From Candidatus Altimarinota bacterium (GTDB lineage Bacteria > Patescibacteriota > Gracilibacteria > CAIRYL01): a DNA stretch of 64,000 nucleotides. A program made the translations under genes and the position numbers. The stretch lies in assembly GCA_965250085.1 (NCBI GenBank), contig OZ252287.1, positions 1,184,001 to 1,248,000 on the forward strand, read 5' to 3'. Below are positions 45,849-56,358 of this stretch, in pieces; position 1 is the stretch's first letter; each line of letters starts with the position of its first letter. Below the pieces are notes generated by a model that saw nothing but the letters and a program-made list of their open reading frames with translations, was not told where the DNA came from and did no database searches.

Positions 45849-48800
45849 TTATCGTGTGCTCTGTGATGTACTAGTGGCTTCAATAGGAATCAAAAATCCA
45901 ATAGGGAGATCATCCAGGAGTCCGGGATCATATTCAAGGATTACTGCTGAGAGGAATTGAGTTTCTGCCAGATCATTATTTCCAGAGAAACTTCCGTTGT
46001 CGTCATATGAGGCAACACTACTCCAGTCCTGACCATCAAATCTTCGGGCTTCTTTCGAAGCGGTGTCTGCTGTCATCCAAATTTTCGGACCATTTGGATT
46101 GGGCACACAATTTACCAGTTCACAATCTTCACTCTCCATACCGTCAATAATGCCATCACCATTGATGTCATCTTCAAGTACCAGAAGGCGTTCAAACTTT
46201 CTTATTTTTTGAAGATCAAACCGAGTTGCTACCTTGAGAGCGGTTTCATCTCCGCTTGCGATATAATTGCTGATATATGTTGAATATTGATCAAATGAGG
46301 TAGTTGATGGCATAAGGAGATGTTCATAGTTCGGAAGACCTACGAGAGTCGAAGGTGCTGAAGCTAAGTTTTTGACTTGAGTAACTCCACCAGCGGTGTT
46401 TTGACTTGAGAACGCACCTAAAAAGTACAACTGATGGATCAGGGCATTATCCCATGCCACTTGGTTCTGAATACCATCATAGATACCCAACGTATCATCC
46501 ATAGTAAGAAGGGATCCTTCTACAAACGCAGCGGCTTTTATATTGGTTGGATTGGGTGAGATGAGCAGGTTCCCATATTGCTGGAATATACTTGTACCAA
46601 CTCCAGAAGATCTATTTTTGAGAATAATAATTCCCAAGTTTCCTGCACCAGTAATATTGTTTTTGAGATACACATTTCCTCCTTCTACAATAAGAGTACG
46701 AGGAGATTCTTCAGAATTGGAGCTCAAAACAGAATCACCATCGATTATGAGAGTAAATCCTTTATTCTGAGTGCCAGAAGTGATCCAAAGGACTTTGTTT
46801 TCTTCAAGAAGTCGACCAACACCCTTGGCGTTCGTTTGAGGATTACCAGAACTAGGAGTAAAGAGCTCGTCGATATTGGCAAAAATCATGTCAGAATCAA
46901 TCCCACTGATAAGATGTGTCGTAGTATCAACGGATTCATCAGCGGTTATTTTGCCGCTGATGAATGGATTTTGTGGCTCATTTGCATCAGCGTCATATGC
47001 ACGAGTAATTTCAGCAACGCTGCGGCGGATACCTTCTTGCATGGCGCTGTAGGGAAGATATCCAGAATCAAAGCTAACAGCTTCTGTGTTATCAATCGCG
47101 TCTGGTTCAACGCCTTCTCCATGAGTAGCTCCAGAGACAGAGAAGTACAAAATACCAACTCCTCCCGGATCTACGCACAATTCTGGATATCCCAAATCAC
47201 AGCATTGCTGATTGGTCAGTCCATCACATTCATGAGGAGGAAGAGGGCATCCAGGAGCATTCAATGGAGGAGCCGCGCAAAAGTCGGGATCTTTGGAGGC
47301 CATTTCATACTTAGCGGTTATCCCATTAATTTCGTAAGTAATGTACGCTAGATATTTGAGTTTATGACTCGGTTCCCAGCTTCCAATTACTTCGGGCACA
47401 AACTGCATGGTAAATGTTTCATTTGCGTCCAAGAGAGTAGAAAGAGCATCGTGTATGGAGCCGCTCCGCATACTGCCAAAGAGAGTAGTTCCTGCCACCT
47501 TTGCGAGTTCAAAGAGATTAAGAGGAGTCGCTGAAAATGGAGGGGTGAGACTCGTTGGATAAAAATTTTCAAAATTGATAAGCCGAGTTGGGTGTTGATT
47601 TCCATCTACGTCCTGAGTGTTCAGTTCCTGTAGCCAGGAGACATTCGTGACCTCTGTGGTGCTAGCTTTCTCAAGCGTGATATCAAAAAATCCGGTTTCT
47701 TCCTCTGGATAAGAAGTCGCAAACGTAGGGGTAGCCCGTATCATAGGAGCAAATTGAAGTGAATTTTCTGATCCGAAGAGATTTGCTGTTCCAGAAAAAA
47801 TCGGTTTTCCAGAGGCAGGAAGAGCTGTATCATCAAATCTCTGTGTTACATTCATAGCAGTTTTGATAGCGGCAGGGGAGAGAGCTCTGTCATAGATTTT
47901 TACATCGTCTAGCGTGCCATCAAAGTACGAGGCATTTTGATATGAAGTTCCAAGGCGAACATTCGCAAGATTGATATTAAGCGTATCGGTTTCATCCGAA
48001 TCTTTGAGTTCTCCATTAAGATATAATTTGCTTCCTCCAGTATCGCTGGTTGTCACGGCGACATGATACCAAGTATCGTTTTGGAGTTCAGAAGGAAGGA
48101 TTCTGAGAGTACTTCGGAAGCAAAGATTTCCATCGGCATTACTCGCATCTCCACCACTGGCGATATCAGTGCTGCACACACCAGTAGCTGGAGAGTGGTC
48201 CTGTATAAGCCACCAAGCGGCACCACTGGTGACTCCATCGCGACCATCTACTAAGAACTGGGTCCCTGAGTTTGTGTTTAGTTTTTTAAACCACATCATA
48301 AGGGTTGCCTCATTTGGATCCCCAAGAGAGCCAATATTTATCCAGTCATTATTGCCATCAAAGGATAGACCATTACTATGTTTGGCTTCTCCCCAGACAG
48401 CACCACCGTCTCCTCCGTCATTCACCGTTCCATCATTGGCATTGGCACTTTCATCATTTGCAACAGAACCACTCGTTTCATCAAGTGGAAGAGACATGAG
48501 AAGATCTGTATGAACAGGAGAGAGTCTTCTGGAGAAAGAAAAGTCATCGACCCATAAGCGATTGTCTTCTGTGTTGCCTCCGTCACCATAGTTGGTCGGA
48601 GCCATGGAAAAAATACGGAAACCCATCTGATTAGAGGGGACATCAAGAGTGCTTACTGTTTTGAGACTTGTTCCAGAAGCAGGGTTTACAATGAGGGATG
48701 TTGGAATATCTGTATTTGTTACGTCTTGGTATCTGGTGGCATCACCAAGTGTTCCGGCTCCAGGTTCTCCCAAGATTTGGACGAGTGAAATGCGATCATC

Positions 48801-51800
48801 AAATTGTAGAGAAATCTCGCCATCAAAAGCATTATTCTCCAAAAGAGTCACATCGTCCCAATACACATCGGTATTCAGAATATTAGAATAGGTCGCCAGT
48901 CGTATTTGGATCGTATCATCTGCTCCAGATACTGGTGTGAGCACAGGTGTCTCAAGGTACATCCATTCCCCAGTGCCGGTGACGACGTTACTGATGGCAT
49001 GAGCATTGCCCCATGGATTCGAGTGGGCAGAGAGTCGCACATCAATCCCTACAGGAGCTTTGACCCAAGCAGATGCAAAGAAGTCTCTTCCAAGAGCGCT
49101 GTTTGTCAGAGTTATGGTTTGTCTCAGTCCGTGACAATGCGGATGATTTTCACTGGCATAACAATCTCCGGGGGTTGTGCCAGTAACAGTGGATTTGACC
49201 GAATATGTTCCAGAATGTGCTTCTGCAGAGGTCCATTCTTCAGAGAGGGACGCGCTGTCTATTACAGCCCAATCAGAAGCATCAGTTCCACTTCCAGCTT
49301 CCATACCGGCATTTTGAACGTGAGAGCTAAACCACAGTGGCTCTGAGAAAGAAGTAGCATTTCCATATTGATCGTACAGTTCCACATTAAAGTCATAGCT
49401 ATCGGTCAGGTCAGCCACTGGATAGGCATTAGCGGTAACAGCAGATACCTCCCTTTGGACACTTGCATTATCCACATAGAATCGAGCTTCTACTGTCCCA
49501 TAGTGACCATATATATAAAACCGAGCAAAGCTGTCCATATCTACGTTGCTGTTGAGGGTAAAGACATGCTCAATCGTCTGCCACTGGTCAGCGATGGAAA
49601 CATATTTTTCTATTAATCCCATTCCTTCAGACTCTGTGCCCCATGAAGGCGTTCCTCCTTCTTCATGATGAATGCCAAATTTCACGGGCTTATTAACATC
49701 TGTTACTTTGACATCCAGAGAAACTTTGAGCTTTTCTCCCTGCACAAATCCACTCGCCCCCAAATCAGTAGCAATTGTTTGCCAGTCTCCCATCCATCGG
49801 TGAGTAAGGCCATAAGTGCCATTTTCATCAATGAATTCCAAGCATCCTCCACTTCCACCAGTACATTCAGTCCCCGTGGTGATATGTGAAAAATAACCAA
49901 TACTTGGAGAAGCAGCGCCAGCATTATATCCACCATTCCATCCCCCTGATCCTCTTGTCGTTCCGTTGAGAGCGGTATCCCATCCGGGAGTATATGCTTC
50001 GGACGAAGAAAAATCTCCATTTGTGAGGACACTATCTCCCCAATCGGTTACATTGGCGTCTATTTCTGCTTTCGAGTTAGTGCCATCGCACCCGCTCCAG
50101 CACGGATCTCCAGAAGTAATCTGATACACAATCGGGTCACCCGCAATTATTCCCGGGAGACGAATATTATTGATCGTGCTCTGAATATCCTTGTCATAGA
50201 GCCTTCCCGTGAGCCAATACAGACCGGGTGTTTTGGAAATACTTCCCATCATATTGAGATGGATGGTTTTTCCATCTGCACTACAGCTCAGGGTATAATC
50301 AGACCCTTTGCTGAGAGGCACACTATCCAGATATCCAGACATCCCAGAGGTTAATGTACCATTTTGCATCACGGTTCCAATTTCTGAGGTCGTCAAAGCT
50401 CGATCATAGATACGAATATCGTCTATAACACCATTAAAATAAACACTGCTTGCTCCGTCTAGATTTCGCCCTATATTCAGGGCAGTATTGTCAGATATAG
50501 GAGCCCCTCCAGCAGAGCCATTGGCCTGTTCTATTCCATTGATATATGTCTTTGCTGTAGTGCCATCATTTGTGATTACCACATGGTTCCACTGATCTCC
50601 AGTGATTGAGCCGATAGGTGTGTTAGGAGCTCCATCGTTAGTGGAGGTACTGTTATGAAATCGATGGTGGATAAATCCATCCGAGTGGAGCCATATATTA
50701 AAATTTCTTCCTGGCTTTCCCACAATCCCTGCCCATTCTGTTGGAGCGCCATTTCCGTTTGGCTTAATCCATACTGCAACTGTGTAATTCGTTATATTCA
50801 GGTCTGGATTTGCTGATACGGTTGCATAATCACCAGTTCCATCAAAATCAAGTCCATTGCCATATCGTCCGCTTGTCCAACCCGCGCCAGAAATGCTTCC
50901 TTGCAAAAGATTGGGTCCAGAATCAGAGGCAGTAATTCCTGTTCCATCATCCAGACGATAATGAGCTATTGGTTGTACCTCAGTATAGGTAGTACCAAAA
51001 TCGGTATACACGGTGCCATCAACAATGCGATGAATTTCTGCATCCAGAAGAGAACAGTTCCCCAAACTCATATTTGAAGTTCCGAGCTCTATACCGTCAA
51101 TACTATCATCTGCTGTAAAAATATCGCTGCTCGCGGTGAGGGTAATGGATATATTGGGGATCCAAAATGTTGTTGTCTGATAGGTCGCATTGGAGTCAAT
51201 GTTGGTGTCATCAAAAACCGGAGAATTGCCGATAGTTCCTAAGAGCACAATATTATCAGAAAAAGAGAGCCATCCATATGTACTGCTCCACGCATATCCA
51301 TACATAAATCCGGATCCGCGCTCGATACACACTCCATAATTACTCGCACTCGGAGGATCAAAGCTTGTTTTATAAGACTCACACGGAGGAGTCCCATTTG
51401 AAAGAGTAAGCGTGCTTCCAGTAGAAAGGAAACTCGCGTCACCGTTCAAAATACCCCAGTCTCCATCTAAGGTACCATATGTCCCGCTAAAATCGAGAAG
51501 TCCCAGAGAAGAACTATAGGCATTTCCAGAGAGGGGATAGTGGTTATTTTCATCCGCAATGGTTGCAATAGAAACGCCTTGATATACACCGGCATATGAT
51601 GTGCCATCCGGATCTCCAAACATCACCCATCCCATATCCTGTCCGTAAGCACTGTTGTGAATATTTCCAAACCATGGTGTTCCCGAAACCTGGATATCTA
51701 CCCCAGCACCGCCAGGACACATCTCGCCAAACCATTCGACCCCTTCTTCCACCATCTGCCACTGCATCGTGTAATTACCGGGAATAGCAGGAGCGGTGAC

Positions 51801-53963
51801 ATTAAAACTAAAGACTTTATTATTTGGCTTCGTGATATTATCCCCTCCACTGAGATTTACTCGATTGAGTCCCCAAGTAGTGTTGTCTGCGGGATTTTGA
51901 GATCCCAGCTTATAATTCGCTGCCGCTGTCCAGTTATTAGAACCATCATTTTGCATGGTTACGGTGACCGGATAACTCTGCCCTACCAACATCGTTGTGG
52001 GAATACTAGTACTAGTGTCCACACAAATCGCTTCGTTTGCTCCGGCGACGGTAGCGGTACAGGATGCATCTGTTGCGCTAGCACCAATACCAGCACACGT
52101 CCAGTTGACGGAATTTCCCTGGGAGGGAAATGTGGGATCCGGTGAAGGAGCTGTCCCCTTATCACAAAAAGAGCCACCACCCCATCCCGTTGCACCCGAT
52201 GGATAATCAGTTGCACGACTCCCACACGCTCCATTTTCCACAATATTGATATTGACACTTGGAGTCAGTGGCGCGGTTTTGGTAGTGCCATACCATGAGA
52301 CCCTGAGCCGTGGAGTTTTGGACCCCAGAGCACTATAGGAATGCTGATTGGTAAAGCTATTATTCGTGGTACTAATAGGACCCAAATCATATGACGCTCC
52401 ATTATTTTCCCAGTCCCATTCATATGTTTTGCTCCCGACACAGTTGGCGGCATTGGTCACATTTCCGGAAAAGGCGATATTTTCATTAATTTGCGCAGTT
52501 GAGGGATCTGCAATGGCGGTGAGCGTAAATGTACACGCCGGCTCATGATCTGCCTGACAGCTCGCATTGGTTCCACTATTGAGACCGAGACAGGTCCAGG
52601 TGACATCAGTGCCATTCGCCGGAAAAGCTGGACTTGTTGGACTCGCCGTTCCCGCAGAACAGAACACATCTCCTGGCGCCCAGTCGGTTTCTGGCGCGAT
52701 AATCGTTCTGTGAGCAGATCCACATGCTCCATCTACCGGAAAAGGAGGAATAGCTACTGATGCTGTACAATTACCGGACTGTGATCCCCCGTTGAGACCA
52801 TTACACTTCCAAGATACACTCTGACCTTGATTGGGAAATGTCGCGTTCCAAGTAGGATTTCCCGCGCTACAATAGGTAGATCCACCATCCCACGTGCTCT
52901 GATTGTACGGATGGCTTTTGGCGCGGGTAGAGCTACACTGGCCACTAATAATCTCTACACAACTACTTCCGTTCCACGTGTATGCACTGGCACATTTATA
53001 TCGGCACTGAGTAGTACTTCCAGTGACAAAATATGATGTAGTGGTGTCGTTATCTGGATTCCAGTTTGTACACTGACTCCCATTAGAAGCAGCACATGTT
53101 TGTGAAAAAGAACTCACGGTATTCCAGACAGTCGAGCTCCCTCCGGGCTTTGCCGGACATGTATTTGTTTTGTTTTCCCACTGGCACGTAGAGCTACACC
53201 CATCCCCATTTTGAGTATCTCCATCATCACATTCTTCACTGGGCTGGTTGTTTGATCCATCACCACAGGCTGCTGGAAGGACACAGGCTCCTCCACTACG
53301 CACATATCCAGATGCACATTTGTATCGGCATGAAGTAGAACTGCCATTGGTATTATAATCCGTAGTATTATCATCTGCAGGACTCCAGCTCGTACAAGTA
53401 GGACCATTAAATGCAGTACACGTTTGCGTAAAAGAAGACACCGAATTCCAGACCGTGGTATTCCCTCCCGATTTAGCAGGACACGTATTGGTCTTAGAGG
53501 TAGGGCGGTTGTCGATGGTGAAAGAACCGGTTTTTGTGTCAGAAGGACCATAATTGCCAACAGCTTTAAAAGTTACATTATACGTACCATTGTCAAGACC
53601 GCTGATATCAAAATCATGAATATCGGTCTCTAGTGATGGAACGGATCCACCAGAGTATGTAGATCCGAAATAATTTCCAACGGGACTAACAAGCGAAGAG
53701 TTTCCTTCAGAGTATTGAGGGGCCCCTATGGCATCACAAGATGCTTCTGGATAAAAACTTATTGTCATCCTAAGGGTAGTTTGTTGACTAGTTAACAACT
53801 CAGCATAGTTAACAAAAATGGAAGTATTTTGCATTGATCCTATGCTAAAACATTGTACGGCAAATGCTGTATTTCCACCCAAAAAAATATCATATCCAAA
53901 GAGCAATACGCAGCAAATCCCCAAAAGGCAGACGCGCCGAAGTGTTGGTATCAAGGAAGTCAT
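45849..53963 (-). CDS. Giant (2704 aa) secreted multidomain surface protein/adhesin
   Basis: Signal peptide; two Cys-rich repeats; a CGDG..EECDDG..GDGCS motif; three GxCGS..FC..G..WxC repeats; PKD-like and NBR1-Ig-like domains; GYAW..GW repeats; two LamG-like domains (FNGVIDDIRIYDRAL, FDGTLDDVKIYDRAL); two CBM-like domains. Confidence 0.9.
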   Translation of the reverse strand: MTSLIPTLRRVCLLGICCVLLFGYDIFLGGNTAFAVQCFSIGSMQNTSIFVNYAELLTSQQTTLRMTISFYPEASCDAIGAPQYSEGNSSLVSPVGNYFGSTYSGGSVPSLETDIHDFDISGLDNGTYNVTFKAVGNYGPSDTKTGSFTIDNRPTSKTNTCPAKSGGNTTVWNSVSSFTQTCTAFNGPTCTSWSPADDNTTDYNTNGSSTSCRYKCASGYVRSGGACVLPAACGDGSNNQPSEECDDGDTQNGDGCSSTCQWENKTNTCPAKPGGSSTVWNTVSSFSQTCAASNGSQCTNWNPDNDTTTSYFVTGSTTQCRYKCASAYTWNGSSCVEIISGQCSSTRAKSHPYNQSTWDGGSTYCSAGNPTWNATFPNQGQSVSWKCNGLNGGSQSGNCTASVAIPPFPVDGACGSAHRTIIAPETDWAPGDVFCSAGTASPTSPAFPANGTDVTWTCLGLNSGTNASCQADHEPACTFTLTAIADPSTAQINENIAFSGNVTNAANCVGSKTYEWDWENNGASYDLGPISTTNNSFTNQHSYSALGSKTPRLRVSWYGTTKTAPLTPSVNINIVENGACGSRATDYPSGATGWGGGSFCDKGTAPSPDPTFPSQGNSVNWTCAGIGASATDASCTATVAGANEAICVDTSTSIPTTMLVGQSYPVTVTMQNDGSNNWTAAANYKLGSQNPADNTTWGLNRVNLSGGDNITKPNNKVFSFNVTAPAIPGNYTMQWQMVEEGVEWFGEMCPGGAGVDIQVSGTPWFGNIHNSAYGQDMGWVMFGDPDGTSYAGVYQGVSIATIADENNHYPLSGNAYSSSLGLLDFSGTYGTLDGDWGILNGDASFLSTGSTLTLSNGTPPCESYKTSFDPPSASNYGVCIERGSGFMYGYAWSSTYGWLSFSDNIVLLGTIGNSPVFDDTNIDSNATYQTTTFWIPNISITLTASSDIFTADDSIDGIELGTSNMSLGNCSLLDAEIHRIVDGTVYTDFGTTYTEVQPIAHYRLDDGTGITASDSGPNLLQGSISGAGWTSGRYGNGLDFDGTGDYATVSANPDLNITNYTVAVWIKPNGNGAPTEWAGIVGKPGRNFNIWLHSDGFIHHRFHNSTSTNDGAPNTPIGSITGDQWNHVVITNDGTTAKTYINGIEQANGSAGGAPISDNTALNIGRNLDGASSVYFNGVIDDIRIYDRALTTSEIGTVMQNGTLTSGMSGYLDSVPLSKGSDYTLSCSADGKTIHLNMMGSISKTPGLYWLTGRLYDKDIQSTINNIRLPGIIAGDPIVYQITSGDPCWSGCDGTNSKAEIDANVTDWGDSVLTNGDFSSSEAYTPGWDTALNGTTRGSGGWNGGYNAGAASPSIGYFSHITTGTECTGGSGGCLEFIDENGTYGLTHRWMGDWQTIATDLGASGFVQGEKLKVSLDVKVTDVNKPVKFGIHHEEGGTPSWGTESEGMGLIEKYVSIADQWQTIEHVFTLNSNVDMDSFARFYIYGHYGTVEARFYVDNASVQREVSAVTANAYPVADLTDSYDFNVELYDQYGNATSFSEPLWFSSHVQNAGMEAGSGTDASDWAVIDSASLSEEWTSAEAHSGTYSVKSTVTGTTPGDCYASENHPHCHGLRQTITLTNSALGRDFFASAWVKAPVGIDVRLSAHSNPWGNAHAISNVVTGTGEWMYLETPVLTPVSGADDTIQIRLATYSNILNTDVYWDDVTLLENNAFDGEISLQFDDRISLVQILGEPGAGTLGDATRYQDVTNTDIPTSLIVNPASGTSLKTVSTLDVPSNQMGFRIFSMAPTNYGDGGNTEDNRLWVDDFSFSRRLSPVHTDLLMSLPLDETSGSVANDESANANDGTVNDGGDGGAVWGEAKHSNGLSFDGNNDWINIGSLGDPNEATLMMWFKKLNTNSGTQFLVDGRDGVTSGAAWWLIQDHSPATGVCSTDIASGGDASNADGNLCFRSTLRILPSELQNDTWYHVAVTTSDTGGSKLYLNGELKDSDETDTLNINLANVRLGTSYQNASYFDGTLDDVKIYDRALSPAAIKTAMNVTQRFDDTALPASGKPIFSGTANLFGSENSLQFAPMIRATPTFATSYPEEETGFFDITLEKASTTEVTNVSWLQELNTQDVDGNQHPTRLINFENFYPTSLTPPFSATPLNLFELAKVAGTTLFGSMRSGSIHDALSTLLDANETFTMQFVPEVIGSWEPSHKLKYLAYITYEINGITAKYEMASKDPDFCAAPPLNAPGCPLPPHECDGLTNQQCCDLGYPELCVDPGGVGILYFSVSGATHGEGVEPDAIDNTEAVSFDSGYLPYSAMQEGIRRSVAEITRAYDADANEPQNPFISGKITADESVDTTTHLISGIDSDMIFANIDELFTPSSGNPQTNAKGVGRLLEENKVLWITSGTQNKGFTLIIDGDSVLSSNSEESPRTLIVEGGNVYLKNNITGAGNLGIIILKNRSSGVGTSIFQQYGNLLISPNPTNIKAAAFVEGSLLTMDDTLGIYDGIQNQVAWDNALIHQLYFLGAFSSQNTAGGVTQVKNLASAPSTLVGLPNYEHLLMPSTTSFDQYSTYISNYIASGDETALKVATRFDLQKIRKFERLLVLEDDINGDGIIDGMESEDCELVNCVPNPNGPKIWMTADTASKEARRFDGQDWSSVASYDDNGSFSGNNDLAETQFLSAVILEYDPGLLDDLPIGFLIPIEATSTSQSTR

Positions 53964-53988
53964 GGAATCAATGACGAATTATAAATCT

Positions 53989-54697
53989 GCTGGCTCCATA
54001 GTTCCACCTTTGGTGGACTGTGGAGCCCTTCTTCGTATATAGCAGCGGCAGTTCTTAGTTGGTTCAAGTTTGCAACTTGAACCATGTGTTTCCTTGATAT
54101 TTCATATTGCTTTCTCCAAAGATACCATTCTCTTCTCCACAGAGGGAGAATGTTTCCAAGTGAGGAGAGAAGGGCTTTGAGTGGGGAGACTGGCATAATG
54201 TCAGAGCTGTCTAATATTTTTATTATTCCAAGTATACGTGAGAGGAATTAAAAAACAACGGTATTCCGTCTGTCTTCCTGATCCCGAGCTCGTCGAGGGA
54301 ATGGAGCGACGAAGGATCTCTCTCGGATATTCGTGAAGATTTTTACAGATTCTTCGGCTTATGTTTCTTGGAGAGATCTAAACTTTGGAATACTCATCGT
54401 GAAGTATCTGAAGCCTCAGAATGACCAGGGTAGATAACTGCTATGACTTTTTTGGTCCCCCCGTTGGTTTTAGTCTTTTCCTCTCGCAGGAGTCTCTTGC
54501 AAAAGGACTCCAGCGTATTTTCCTCAATAGATCGTCGGAGTCCCAGAGTGGAGACTCCGCTGGGAAGAAGGTTGCGGGGAAACCATTTCTGACTTCCTGA
54601 GAAGTCCCAGCTGGCTCCATAGTTCCACCTTTGGTGGACTGTGGAGCCCTTTGTTGGTTCAAGTTTCCTCCTTCGGCGGACAAGTGCAACTTGAACC
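53989..54697. repeat. Dense REP/hairpin cluster upstream of the RAYT gene
   Basis: 42-bp identical hairpins at 53989-54030 and 54610-54651; GTTG-footed REPs at 54058-54083 and 54653-54697; a GTCxT..AGGATCT / AGATTCTTCG..CAGAATGAC pair at about 54272-54425. Confidence 0.85.
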
Positions 54698-54736
54698 GCA
54701 TGTTTCTATACTCTCCAATACATTTACAATAGAGTA

Positions 54737-55237
54737 ATGCCCTCTATACGCATCAAAAAAGATATGAATAAGGGAATATACTTCCTTACATTCACGGTAC
54801 TCAGGTGGTACTACCTGTTTGATCGGCATAACAGGTGGGATATCCTGTTAGAATCTCTGCGATATTGCCAAAAACAGAAAGGTCTGAAGGTATATGGATG
54901 GGTATTTATGCTCAATCATCTTCATCTCATTGCGCGGAGTGATGATGTAATTGGATTTGTACGAGATTTTAAGAAATTTACCTCCAAAGAACTCAAAAAG
55001 AACATACAGGCAACAGAGCCAACTGTTTTGGATCTTTTCGAAGAAGGAGAGAAGTATGAATTTTGGCAGAAAACCAATATGCCGGAGATGATAGAGAGTG
55101 AAGCTTTCTTTCTGCAAAAATTGCAATATATTGAAAATAATCCTGTGAAGAAGAAATATGTAAAAAAACCAGAGGATTGGATATATTCATCTGCCAATCC
55201 TGATTGTCTTCTTGAGTTAGAAGTGATGGAAACCTAA
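54737..55237 (+). CDS. REP-associated tyrosine transposase (RAYT, Y1 HUH family)
   Basis: YFLTFT, VFMLNHLHLI (HUH), RDFKKFTS, FWQ, YIENNPVK, WIYSSA. Confidence 0.93.
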   Translation: MPSIRIKKDMNKGIYFLTFTVLRWYYLFDRHNRWDILLESLRYCQKQKGLKVYGWVFMLNHLHLIARSDDVIGFVRDFKKFTSKELKKNIQATEPTVLDLFEEGEKYEFWQKTNMPEMIESEAFFLQKLQYIENNPVKKKYVKKPEDWIYSSANPDCLLELEVMET

Positions 55238-55238
55238 G

Positions 55239-55264
55239 GGTTCAGGTTACAAACCTGAACCAAC
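55239..55264 (-). repeat. REP immediately downstream of RAYT, inverted relative to the upstream REP
   Basis: Minus strand reads gttggttcaggtttgtaacctgaacc, versus gttggttcaagtttgcaacttgaacc. Confidence 0.85.
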
Positions 55265-55350
55265 GGAGGGATATCCCCATTGTTCCTGCTGAAGACGCAT
55301 GAGAGGGTCACCCGAAGGCGGATGACTCCCACTTAACGCGGGGGGATGCT

Positions 55351-55890
55351 TTAGAAACCTGCCGAAATTGCTGAGGCAACAGTTTGAGCAGAGTTTAATA
55401 CAAATGTATTAGGGGAACTACCTGGCGCATCCCTATTCACAGATCCAGTTCTTACTGCTCCGCTAGAATTTGTGATAGTTATATCGTACTGATCGTTGTT
55501 TGAATCGTACGTCAGGCTATTTACTGTGTAGCCATCGTTTTCGAGAATATCTCTTATTGCGGGTAATAGATTGGTCGCATAGACATCAGATTGACTTTCG
55601 GTGCATCCGCTTTGATTCACTGTGCTCATAGCAGGGGTTCCATCACAAAGATCGTTTGCATTACTCACGCCATCACCGTCAACATCATCGGGGTTACCAC
55701 CGCCTCCGGGTGCTGTGGGACTGTCGCTGCTACATCCTTCCGTAACAGCTCCCAAAGCCATGATGGCTGTGAGGGGGAGTGCCAGTCGATGCTTACGAAG
55801 ATACTGCTGCAAGCGGGCAAGGGCTCCATTCGGAGTAGCAGGTGCCTCACTGGCAAGAGGAAGAGAATCAATTTGAGTATTATTATTCAT
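55351..55890 (-). CDS. Putative lipoprotein with a thrombospondin type-3 Ca-binding repeat
   Basis: Hydrophobic stretch ending AVTEGC; DVDGDGVSNANDLCDGTP; TTGACA-16-TATAGT promoter at 55953-55926. Confidence 0.75.
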   Translation of the reverse strand: MNNNTQIDSLPLASEAPATPNGALARLQQYLRKHRLALPLTAIMALGAVTEGCSSDSPTAPGGGGNPDDVDGDGVSNANDLCDGTPAMSTVNQSGCTESQSDVYATNLLPAIRDILENDGYTVNSLTYDSNNDQYDITITNSSGAVRTGSVNRDAPGSSPNTFVLNSAQTVASAISAGF

Positions 55891-56127
55891 GGTTTATGAA
55901 GAGTTATAAAATAAAAGAGTAACGCACTATAATACTAAAAAAAATCTTGTCAATACTTTTTTTATCTTTTCTTTTTTCCTCTTTTCTTTTTTCCTCTTTA
56001 ATACGGGACTGATTGCAGACAATTATTTTTTGAAATTACATATGATCGCGTAACGTTGTACTCCCTCCTTCTCTTCTTGTCAAATATTTTCCATCAATTT
56101 TTTAAGAGAACAATAATACTGACAACC

Positions 56128-56223
56128 CCTTCCGCCATGGCGGACAGGCTTTTGTCTCTGTTAGTTCGAGTCCCCCCGTTGGTTTTAGTCTCCCTGCTGG
56201 TTCAATCGTCCTTCGATTGAACC
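56128..56223. repeat. Second REP cluster
   Basis: gtccccccgttggttttagtct (also at about 54455); gctggttcaatcgtccttcgattgaacc; tccgccatggcgga. Confidence 0.7.
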
Positions 56224-56358
56224 TCTGGTTTGAAAACACTGATTTTTGCAGGAACCGTACTCATTGACGACCGTCATCATGGAGCATTTCGCATCCAAAC
56301 ATTTTGGAGCAATAAGCATAATTGCTCCAGCGAGGGAAAGCGGGACCCTCACTTAATT

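Noticed and set aside
53960-54701. Short minus-strand ORFs (78 and 86 aa)
   Set aside because: Largely translations of REP hairpins.
55288-55360. Hammerhead ribozyme (CTGAAGA...GAAA)
   Set aside because: Stem II is not followed directly by GAAA and stems I and III cannot be built; more likely a terminator or REP-like hairpin.
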